From an uncultured virus (IMG/VR IMGVR_UViG_3300017992_000735) (Duplodnaviria; Heunggongvirae; Uroviricota; Caudoviricetes), in the IMG/VR virus record IMGVR_UViG_3300017992_000735: a stretch of 64,000 nt of DNA; one strand, written 5' to 3'. How positions within the stretch are numbered: the first letter of the stretch is position 1; every line of letters begins with the position of its first letter. This document shows positions 56,209 through 64,000 of the stretch, piece by piece. Below the pieces are notes generated by a model, which was given only the letters and a program-made list of their open reading frames with translations, was not told the DNA's origin and did no database searches. The position numbers and the translations under genes were made by a program.

Positions 56209-57072
56209 ATGTCTAAGTATGAGATGCCATACTTGTGGGAGGATGATTGGGACAACCAGATATTTAAAACAGCCAAAGAACGCTTTGGGATCTGGCCCCT
56301 GACTGTTTGGCCTTGTGACCATCAAGATCCTTTATATAGGAGATTGAAAAAAGAGATAGGAGACACAGGACAGGCAAGAAGAGGATGTCTATCGAAACCC
56401 GATCCTCAAAGCAAAAGTTGGTATCGCGGTAAACACACAGAAAGTATATTTAACCCACAACTATGCGTCTGGATCCTTAATTGTTTTGCTCCTCAATCAG
56501 GGATATGCTTTGACCCTTTCGCAGGTGGCGGAACTAGAGCCGTACTAGCTGCAAAACACGGACTCAAGTATACAGGCATTGAATTACGCCATGAAGAAGC
56601 GGAAAGAGTAAAAAACTTAACAGAAGGGCTAAACATTATAGAAGGTGATGCGAGAGATTGTCTAGAGCTTGTTGGCCACAACTTTGGAGATTTCTTAATA
56701 ACTTGCCCACCTTACTGGAACCTGGAGCAGTACAAAGGGGGACTTCAGGATCTATCCATGCTGGAGACATACGATGAATTCTTGGCCGCCCTTCGCCAAG
56801 TCATAACTGGTTGCTTTGGAGTAATGAACCCAGGATCTCTATCATGCTGGGTTGTGGGGCTTCATAGAAATACAGACGGTGAACTACTGGCAATGAACCA
56901 TGATATAGCCAGACTCCACAAAGAGGTGGGGTTTAAACTGAGAGAAGAGATTGTGGTCAACCACATTGGAACTCAGGCAACTATGCGAGTCGGAAACTTT
57001 GAAAAAGGTAACAGGTGGTTAATAAGAACCCATGAATATGTACTGGTATTTGAGAAGCCAGAGGAAGATTGA
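56209..57072 (+). CDS. DNA amino-methyltransferase (N6A/N4C)
   Basis: FDPFAGGG motif I precedes TCPPYW motif IV; HEYVLVF. Confidence 0.85.
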   Translation: MSKYEMPYLWEDDWDNQIFKTAKERFGIWPLTVWPCDHQDPLYRRLKKEIGDTGQARRGCLSKPDPQSKSWYRGKHTESIFNPQLCVWILNCFAPQSGICFDPFAGGGTRAVLAAKHGLKYTGIELRHEEAERVKNLTEGLNIIEGDARDCLELVGHNFGDFLITCPPYWNLEQYKGGLQDLSMLETYDEFLAALRQVITGCFGVMNPGSLSCWVVGLHRNTDGELLAMNHDIARLHKEVGFKLREEIVVNHIGTQATMRVGNFEKGNRWLIRTHEYVLVFEKPEED

Positions 57073-57986
57073 GAATGAAAAACGAAGAAACCGATTATGT
57101 AGTATGTCCAATCTGTGGTGAGCAAATGTCCAGAATCACTTGGAAACATCTAAAGTTTAGGCACCAAATGACAATGAGTGCCTTCAAACTGCAGTTTCCA
57201 CATGCACGAACAGTTAGTAAACATTCCAGCAGGAAATCTGGATCTGCTATATCACGTGCCCGCAGAACCGGAGTAAAAAGAAACCAAAAGTTCTGTAAGG
57301 ACTGCGGGGAGCCGTGCCAGGGAGAAAGATGCAAAACCTGCTATGAAGTATATCAAAATTCTCCCGAGTACTCGAAACACGCTAAGTATATACGATCCAA
57401 GCGTCCCAACAAGTATAAACCAAAGGACTACATCTGCCCAGATTGTGAAGGAGAGAAACTATCCCCAACAAGTCCTCGATGCAGAAGTTGTGCAGCTAAA
57501 AGAAGGAATGAAGAAAGATACAAAGATCCAGAGTTCAGAGAGAAACTGAGCGGGATACATAAGAAAGTGTTCGAGGAGCAGCCCGAGAAAGTACAAAAGT
57601 TACGGGCGGGTCATAGAAAATTTATCCAGGACCCAGAAAGAAAAGAAAAATTTTACGAGTCCAGAGAAGTCGTATCAGGAGAAGAGCACCACTGGTACAG
57701 AGATGGTTCCTGTCTAGACAGCGAGTATGGTGGGGAATTCGATGAGAGATTGAAATTTCAGATCCGTCAGAGAGATCAAACCTGCCAGATGTGCGGAAAG
57801 ACTGAGGAAGAGAACGGAGAAGCATTATCCGTTCACCACATAGATGGAGACAAAGAAAATAATGACCCCCAAAACTTGATAGCATTGTGTAGAAACTGTC
57901 ACTCCAAGACGACATGCCTCCCGGATCAATGGGAACTAGCATTATCTCTATACATGGAAGATAAAGTAGAAGGGGAGATTCATTAA
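57069..57986 (+). CDS. Free-standing HNH endonuclease with N-terminal zinc fingers
   Basis: RD..CQMCG..LSVHHIDGDKENNDPQNLIALCRNCH; several CxxC pairs. Confidence 0.9.
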   Translation: MRMKNEETDYVVCPICGEQMSRITWKHLKFRHQMTMSAFKLQFPHARTVSKHSSRKSGSAISRARRTGVKRNQKFCKDCGEPCQGERCKTCYEVYQNSPEYSKHAKYIRSKRPNKYKPKDYICPDCEGEKLSPTSPRCRSCAAKRRNEERYKDPEFREKLSGIHKKVFEEQPEKVQKLRAGHRKFIQDPERKEKFYESREVVSGEEHHWYRDGSCLDSEYGGEFDERLKFQIRQRDQTCQMCGKTEEENGEALSVHHIDGDKENNDPQNLIALCRNCHSKTTCLPDQWELALSLYMEDKVEGEIH

Positions 57987-58000
57987 CTGAATCTCCCCTT
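57970..58000. terminator. Hairpin between the convergent HNH and capsid genes (possible bidirectional terminator)
   Basis: AAGGGGAGATTCA-TTAAC-TGAATCTCCCCTT, perfect 13-bp stem. Confidence 0.7.
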
Positions 58001-58041
58001 GATATTGCGACACGTCCTAAAGACGATTAGAATCTTAACCT

Positions 58042-59639
58042 CTAGGTGAATGAAGTGCCCCCGACGATGCTGCAGCCGGTGCCAAGGTGACCTGCAAAGC
58101 TTGCCGTGTAGGCGGCTTGCGCACACATATGCTTTCTAAATATCTTTGTTATCATAAAGGTGTTTAACCCTCTATTTCTTACTGTTACCAGTAAGCTCGG
58201 ACTATGTCTTCGCTCATTTCTGAACGCCCCGCGCTCGTGGGAGAATTATTGCCATACCTCTCGGTTCAGGCGCACTCCTAGTCTCTACACCCACCAAAAA
58301 GTTTCCCTTCTGGCTTGGCTCGGCGTTGTCCCAGTGGGAGTTTCGCCGAATTCACGGAGTTAAGTGACAAAGCGTTTATCACTAGTGCAGTCACCGCGTA
58401 GATTTCAAAGGCAAAAGCTGTACAGCCTCTTGGCAGATCTACATAACTTAATGGTGTTTGTGTACTCTTATACACAATAGGTTCTCCATTATGATAAACT
58501 CTTAATGGATACACCGTCGAGCTAAATATATCTGCCCCCGTCGTCGTGGCAGTGAACCGGAAGTCCGGAACCAGGATCAACTCTCCTACGAACGTCTGGA
58601 TTCTCGGAGCTAGCGTGAAGCCAGCCACGATGCCTCCGCGGTCCTGGTTGATCTGGATCATTTGGACGGGCTGTGTCCCTCCGGTGGCGCCCAAGCTCAG
58701 GTAGCCGATAGCGATGGCTCGGAGAGCTTTGGGGTGACCGAAGATGTGGGTGGGTCTTGCACACCCAGCAGCGAGGAAGTTGTCGAACTCTTCCTCGTCA
58801 TAGGTCCCGGTCGGGTTGCTGTTGGTCCGCGCACCGTTTGCAGATGTGACTTGGGTCTCGATCCCGTCGAAAGCGTTCGCAACTGTAGCGATTGCTCCCT
58901 TGACCAGGGCGAGGTCCCACTTGTTCAGCACAGTCACTTCCTGGAGTTTCATCATCTTCTCTTTGACTCCGATCACTGTTTCGATTCCAGAGTCTAGAGA
59001 AAGTCGGCTGATCCCCAATCCCTGCGCGCGTGCGACTGCTATCGAGTGACGTAAGTCCTCGTAGGTGATAGACTCATAACTGCCGATGTACTTGCGGGCA
59101 ATTGTAGTCGTCTCACCCTCATGCGTGGTCTCGTCCGGACAAGCTCCTTTAGTGAAGAAGCCATGGGACGCCTCCCCCGTGGTGTCGAAGCTCAGGCTGG
59201 TCATCTCTCGCCAGCTATCTGAGTTGTAATCGGTCACCACTTCAGGCAACGTCTTCCAGACTGTGATCTCCTCACACATGTCCAAAACCTCAGTCGGATC
59301 TAGAGGCTGAGGATACTGGTTAGAGAAGTCTGCGGGCTGCGTATAGGGCTGAGGCAGGATATTTGGGTCGGTTTGGGTCTTCTCAACCATTCCCTTGATG
59401 ACTTCCACAGCGGGATCGCCTTCCGGCTCCGGCTGGTTCAGGTTCTCATAAACAGACTGAGCAACCTGCTGCATCTCGGTCATGGTCAAGTCCTCGCCGC
59501 CCTTAGCCTCTCGCACCTGTAACACGGCCCTAGCAACAATGTCCTCGATGTTCGGACCTTCGGCAGGTTCACGACGACCTGCGATGTCGGCGGCACTCTT
59601 GGTCACGATATCGGTAATCGTAGGAACCAAGAGTTCCAC
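58042..59639 (-). CDS. Major capsid protein, spliced: exon 1 59639-58378, exon 2 58135-58042 (451 aa)
   Basis: Follows the protease gene; AFDGIETQV and PTHIFGHP capsid-like motifs; splicing restores ...TALVIKHMCAQAAYTASFAGHLGTGCSIVGGTSFT. Confidence 0.85.
58136..58377 (-). mobile_element. Group I intron (242 nt, no internal ORF)
   Basis: P GAATTCGGCGAAAC, Q ACGCCGAGCCAAG, R GTGTAGAGACTA, S AAGACATAGTCC; P1 AGTGAT/GTCACT with U.G pair; P10 GCTTT/AAAGC; terminal G. Confidence 0.92.
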
Positions 59640-59676
59640 GTTGCACCTCCTTATTTAGTTTTTAAAGTGTTTCCAC

Positions 59677-61818
59677 CTAGTATATTACACCAGGTGGTGT
59701 GGTCATCCGTGCGATCTCTTTGGCAGAGTAGCTTTCCTTCGGTTCTGGAGCAGGACCACTCGAGCGGTACATAGATTTCCTGATTGGCGCCGCCTCAGCT
59801 ACCGGTTTGCTGATTTGGTTTCTCAGATCCTCCAGTTCCGCCTTCAAGGTTGCATTCTCTTGCACTAGCGGCCTTGTGCCCTCATTTACTGCAGCTACAA
59901 TAACCTCCCGGATGTCGCCCATTGAAGGTGGGGTCTCTTGGATGACTGATTGCTGCATCCAATTCCCCAAATCTCCGAGCGCTTCCTGACAGGCTTGTAA
60001 CTTGCCCCTCCGGTCTAGCTCCTCGCTCCCGAGCACACTTTTGACCTTTATATTGAAAACATCTAGAGGTGTGGTGGCAGGTGGCTCTACTCCTTCAGCC
60101 TTAACACGTTCCTCAGGCTCGGCTTCCGAACCGCCGACTTCTGCCATAGATGTAATCTCCGATTTAATTGCTTCTGCGATCTGATTTAACGCGTCTTGTG
60201 CCACTGACAAATCACCTTCAGTAACTGCGTTGTAGACGCCTTCTGCGAACCTTGTCATGTTATCATCAAAATCTGCTGCCATAACTTCTCCTCCAGTGGC
60301 TGGAGTTTCTTCTAAAATCGAAATAGCTGGGTTCTCAGGAAGTGGTTGCATTTCCGTGCTTGTACCGACAACTGCTTCTGGGGTGTACTGAGCGTCTTTG
60401 TACCAAGTTTCCATATCCTCGTTCAGTGAAGTAACCATCCCGCCCAGCTCACTCAGACGCCGTTGCATATCCTCGAAAGCCTTTAGACGAGCGTCTGAAA
60501 CCTTGCGGCCTGCTTTCTCAACTGCCTCAGATTGTTCCTCAGCCTCCTCAACCACAGCTTCATCCAAACTAGGCGCCCCGTCCTCAGCTTCGGACTTTTT
60601 GCCTCGGAATTTCCCAGCCTTAATGGCTTGGACCACTCCCTCTTGTTTGTGTGCAGCTGCTCGGGCGGCCTTTTTATCTTTATATTTTTTGCCCTTACCA
60701 TAAGGAAACCTACCTAGGACTTTGTCCCCCTTACTTGAATAAAGGACAACCTCCCCATCCTCTTCCTTTATCATCAGCTCGATGAGTTCAGCTTTTTCAA
60801 CTCCACTCATCTTAGCACCGCACTCAGGGCAGGTGACACTCGTACAAGGAGTTCCTGCTTCGTGAGGAGCTGTGGCTCCGCACTCTGGGCAAACGCATTC
60901 AGCAGGTCCACCGTCGCCTTGCTTTGGACCACCTACTCCTTGTCCCTCTCCCCGGGCCTTTTCCACTTCGGACTTCTGTTTCTTTCGTTTCTTAAGCTCT
61001 TCCTCATTCTCTTTCTTAGCTTCTTGATCTAGTCCGGGAACCTCGGCTTCCTCCGGAGTCTCTGTCCACATTTCCTCGGCCATTGTCTCCTTGCCAGGTT
61101 CCTCCTTTTCGTACTCAAAGTCTTTATCCACCTTCTTGCGCTTTGCCTTCTCAACATCCTCACCCTTAAAGACTAGCCCCTCCTCTCCTGCCTCAGACTT
61201 GCCGACTTGACTGGAATATTGCTCTAACTTCTCAGCCCACTCATCGCCAACGATCGAAGCAGCGTCTTCTTTCTTTGTAACCATACTTTTCTCCTTCCAG
61301 GCCTCGATCTCTGTCCGCGGTAGAACAGGAACTCGAGTTAATGCAAAATGTTTGATAATCCCATCTCTATAAACACGCCGAGAGCCTTTCTCGGTAGCCT
61401 CTGACTTTTCCTCTTCCTTGGTTCTATCATAGAAGCCCATCGAAATACGGACTCTCTCATCATGCGGAACATCGTTTTTAATATCCTCCTGAACTGCGGT
61501 AAAGGCCGCCTTACCCAGTTCAGTCGGCCAGAAAGTACCTTTTGCTTTGAACTTCTCGCCATCCGGGTAAATCACAGTGGAAGGCCCAGCTATCCAATCT
61601 TCGTCAGGAATTCCCTTACCGGCGAAGTCATAATGCGAAACACAAGCATACGGCATCATATCCATTTCTTCGGCATGAGCAACAGCATTGTCGAAAAAAG
61701 CTCGGTCCACTCGCTCTTTGTGGTTGTCTTCTCCTGTATCTGAAACAGTAGCAGCCCAGTGCATGGTGCCGTCGTCGTGCAAAGAAGCTTTGGTAAAGTA
61801 GAGACTAATATCTGGCAT
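59677..61818 (-). CDS. Prohead protease / scaffold fusion
   Basis: N-terminal protease-like domain (SDTGEDNHKER, SHY, ISMGF, HFALTRVP), acidic scaffold region, internal Zn ribbon; directly upstream of the capsid gene. Confidence 0.75.
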   Translation of the reverse strand: MPDISLYFTKASLHDDGTMHWAATVSDTGEDNHKERVDRAFFDNAVAHAEEMDMMPYACVSHYDFAGKGIPDEDWIAGPSTVIYPDGEKFKAKGTFWPTELGKAAFTAVQEDIKNDVPHDERVRISMGFYDRTKEEEKSEATEKGSRRVYRDGIIKHFALTRVPVLPRTEIEAWKEKSMVTKKEDAASIVGDEWAEKLEQYSSQVGKSEAGEEGLVFKGEDVEKAKRKKVDKDFEYEKEEPGKETMAEEMWTETPEEAEVPGLDQEAKKENEEELKKRKKQKSEVEKARGEGQGVGGPKQGDGGPAECVCPECGATAPHEAGTPCTSVTCPECGAKMSGVEKAELIELMIKEEDGEVVLYSSKGDKVLGRFPYGKGKKYKDKKAARAAAHKQEGVVQAIKAGKFRGKKSEAEDGAPSLDEAVVEEAEEQSEAVEKAGRKVSDARLKAFEDMQRRLSELGGMVTSLNEDMETWYKDAQYTPEAVVGTSTEMQPLPENPAISILEETPATGGEVMAADFDDNMTRFAEGVYNAVTEGDLSVAQDALNQIAEAIKSEITSMAEVGGSEAEPEERVKAEGVEPPATTPLDVFNIKVKSVLGSEELDRRGKLQACQEALGDLGNWMQQSVIQETPPSMGDIREVIVAAVNEGTRPLVQENATLKAELEDLRNQISKPVAEAAPIRKSMYRSSGPAPEPKESYSAKEIARMTTPPGVIY

Positions 61819-61863
61819 AATTATATTCCTTATTGAGACAATATATTAAAATGTCATTAACAC

Positions 61864-61910
61864 AAAACAAAACCCAACTTTCCAGGTCTTCTGACCTTTC
61901 CAGTTGGGCT
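61864..61910 (-). terminator. Terminator-like hairpin in the leader of the protease gene
   Basis: CCCAACT..AGGTC-AGAA-GACCT..AGTTGGG followed by TTTTGTTTT. Confidence 0.55.
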
Positions 61911-61959
61911 CCAGTTGGCTTACTGCCTTGGCCTCAAGAATTATATCATTTTCCTCTTT

Positions 61960-61990
61960 ATTGTAACATAGAAGAGGGAGAAATCAAAAT
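61960..61990 (-). promoter_or_regulatory. Class II (putative late) promoter
   Basis: ATTTTGATT, 16 nt, TACAAT with extended -10 TG. Confidence 0.65.
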
Positions 61991-62241
61991 CACACCTTAT
62001 ACCCCCACCTGCCAGGATTCTGCAAAAACTCCTCAGCGTTCTCCAGAGAGCCCCCCTCCAACCACAACATATTATCCCCTAGCCCCTCCTCAGACTCCAA
62101 AACCTCAGAAGTAACCTCGCGGGATGTATTGATAATCTCAGTTACATCCTCCTCAAAAGGACCAGTTACCACAACCTGATCTGGGGCGATATCCACAGTT
62201 GCAGCATATTCACCATCTAGTCTATATACCTTCACTTCCAC
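61990..62241 (-). CDS. Small acidic hypothetical protein
   Basis: GGAGGA RBS; overlaps the end of the peptidase ORF. Confidence 0.6.
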   Translation of the reverse strand: MEVKVYRLDGEYAATVDIAPDQVVVTGPFEEDVTEIINTSREVTSEVLESEEGLGDNMLWLEGGSLENAEEFLQNPGRWGYKV

Positions 62242-63623
62242 TCCTCCGGCATTCTATCACCAAGGACAGCTCCCACCATCTCATGTGATTCCGGAAAATA
62301 ATGCTTATAGAAACCCACTTCCCTTTTATTCGAGTACCTTTTCACACATTCTATACTCTCTGCAAAGAATTCCCGCTCTGTTTTCTTTGCATAGTTCGTA
62401 GGAAACCGATCAAAAAGCCAGGCTCGGTCGTACGGATTATCTTTTGCCCGAATCACCTTGGATGACTTAGCCACTCCCTTCGTTTCACTCAGTGTGTAAT
62501 CCAGCGCATGTCCCCACTCATGCCAAACTGTGCCATAACTGGCAAACCCCTGAGGTGTGTCTAGGTTAGCAGATGTTTGCGGCCCAAAAACAATTTCATC
62601 TGTGTACACCCTGTAAAATCCAGCGCAACCCCTAGCCGAACCTCCATATACGCGATCGAATTCTTCTTGGGTTTTTGTTGTGATAAAAGTAACCTCAGTA
62701 TCGGGTTGAGGCATCCCTTGCAGACTGTATGCTATCTCAGTAGCTTGGTTCTTTGTAACACGCGAACCCACACGGTGCCCACCAGTAGCCTCCTCAAACT
62801 TACTCCTATAGTTGTCATCAGTCCAATCAACAGTACTAACCTTTCCCACAACAGCGGGCGCCTTACTGGGAGCACTTCCCCCTCTCCTGCCCTTGCGCCC
62901 TTTGTGACCCCAATGACCACTTCCAGGCCCGCCTTTCTCAACCTCTGACTTGCCTACGTAGAATTCAATCTCTTTTCCTAACCCTGCGATCTCCGACGGA
63001 GTCGCTGCCAAGTGGCACCTTCAGACGTTCGGGTGAGCTGGCGGCCCACCACACTTTTCTCCAAAAACGTTATCAAAGGTCTTCGAGTTAACCGGCTGGG
63101 GACCCATCGCCTCATTAGCCTTACAGACCTCACATGCGTCCGCTCCAATGGTCACCCATCGCTTTGTTTCAAGGCCGACTTCGTCCATCTGCTTTTCCCA
63201 AGCAGAAGACTGGGCACGAGCAATTTCAAACCGAGTGATCGAGCGGATCCTTTGCTCACTAAACTCGCTCTGCTCGAATAAATTTTTAAAAATTCCGTCT
63301 ATCAGGTCTTGTTCGGGGATCCCTTCTTGGAGACCGTTGTAGATCATAGTGCGGAGGTAGTGTTTGGTTCCTCTGTTGACGTTTCGAACCATCTCTGCTG
63401 CTCTGTCTTGAATAAATTCCAGAGCAACAGGATCTACCAGGTCAAAAGCCAACTCAATTGCTACCCCAGCCAGCTCTCCGATGTACTCTGCTGCCCCTTC
63501 TAGCCCGTCTAAGTAAGCCAGAGTTAACGCTGCAATGAGTTCGTCAGAAACGTCTATTGACCAAAACTCTTCTGAGTCGTCTAGGATCTCATCTATTCGG
63601 TCCCACAGTTCTTCGTCAGCCAC
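62232..63623 (-). CDS. MuF (SPP1 gp7-like) head morphogenesis protein, fused by UGA readthrough (63021-63023) to a zinc metallopeptidase domain (463 aa if read through)
   Basis: RIRSITRFEIARA; KRW..ACEVC; PPAHPNV*RC; in-frame continuation with HEWGH and NYAKKTEREFFAE. Confidence 0.75.
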
Positions 63624-63635
63624 TCAAAAAGTCTC

Positions 63636-64000
63636 CTACTCTCGCGGCACCGTTGTACTTGTATCAGATACATATACCTTGCCCCTGTTCAATATAATCG
63701 TCTCAGGCAACCCTTGCCCATCTAAACCTTGAATAGCATCATAACCCAACAACGCCGGGAGCCGAGCCATATCGTGTCGCGCAAACTCCGCTACATCATT
63801 TGAAATCCGAGAATATTCTGTTATATCCCTTACCAAATCCTTGTTTGTTGGGTCCTTAGCAAGACGAACAGATAACTTATTAAGTTCGGTATCTCTCAAC
63901 TTGCTAAACTGGTCGTGTAATCTATGAACTTCTGCCTCTGTAACAACTTTAGCCCCTTTACTAAGAGCCATCCTAGTGACAACTCCGCCCTCGCTTTTCG
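63636..64000 (-). CDS. C-terminal part of a head-module protein (frame open to the window edge); possibly ADP-ribosyltransferase-like
   Basis: LGYDAI...IILNR ending recalled from phage head-associated enzyme domains; no upstream stop in frame. Confidence 0.4.
   Translation of the reverse strand, partial: KSEGGVVTRMALSKGAKVVTEAEVHRLHDQFSKLRDTELNKLSVRLAKDPTNKDLVRDITEYSRISNDVAEFARHDMARLPALLGYDAIQGLDGQGLPETIILNRGKVYVSDTSTTVPRE

Noticed and set aside
57069..57986. HNH as an intron-encoded ORF
   Set aside because: It lies outside the intron, beyond exon 2, on the opposite strand.
56209..57986. Methyltransferase plus HNH as a restriction-modification system
   Set aside because: The HNH has the zinc-finger-plus-C-terminal-HNH layout of phage homing endonucleases, and orphan methyltransferases are common in phages; adjacency alone is insufficient.
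58278..58377. Capsid C-terminus NALSLNSVNSAKLPLGQRRAKPEGKLFGGCRD from the ORF track
   Set aside because: It is read-through into group I intron sequence.
1..64000. Genome-wide stop-codon reassignment (TGA or TAG)
   Set aside because: Genes are long and intact in code 11, and many end in TGA or TAG at ATGA/GTGA overlaps or right before RBSs; only two TGAs look recoded.
1..64000. CRISPR array, DGR, integrase/att site, rRNA
   Set aside because: No regularly spaced repeats, reverse transcriptase, recombinase or rRNA-like sequence seen.

Overview
This window is part of a tailed (siphovirus-like) bacteriophage genome; terminase and portal are not in it. The minus strand carries a long late region: a MuF head-morphogenesis protein, prohead protease/scaffold, a major capsid gene split by a 242-nt group I intron, a ~26-kb glycan-modification cluster (about 10 glycosyltransferase genes, PhnD/PhnE, two stand-alone cytidylyltransferases, two sulfatase-fold proteins, a B12 radical SAM enzyme, TPP E1 alpha/beta, an HldE-like protein), then head-tail joining, tail tube, tape measure and tail fibre genes. 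Early-type regions (1-6.5 kb and 49-58 kb) hold an intein-containing UvrD-like helicase, a DNA methyltransferase, an HNH nuclease and many small Cys-rich ORFs, mostly driven by a repeated sigma70 promoter cassette. The most notable signal is two late genes with an in-frame UGA where Cys is expected, each followed by a SECIS-like hairpin. These are candidate phage selenoproteins, and one readthrough would fuse MuF to a metallopeptidase. Also notable are a putative phosphonate-uptake and virion-glycan tailoring module, and a structured ncRNA locus ending in an anticodon-less tRNA-like domain. All calls come from reading motifs by eye; no database searches or folding programs were run.
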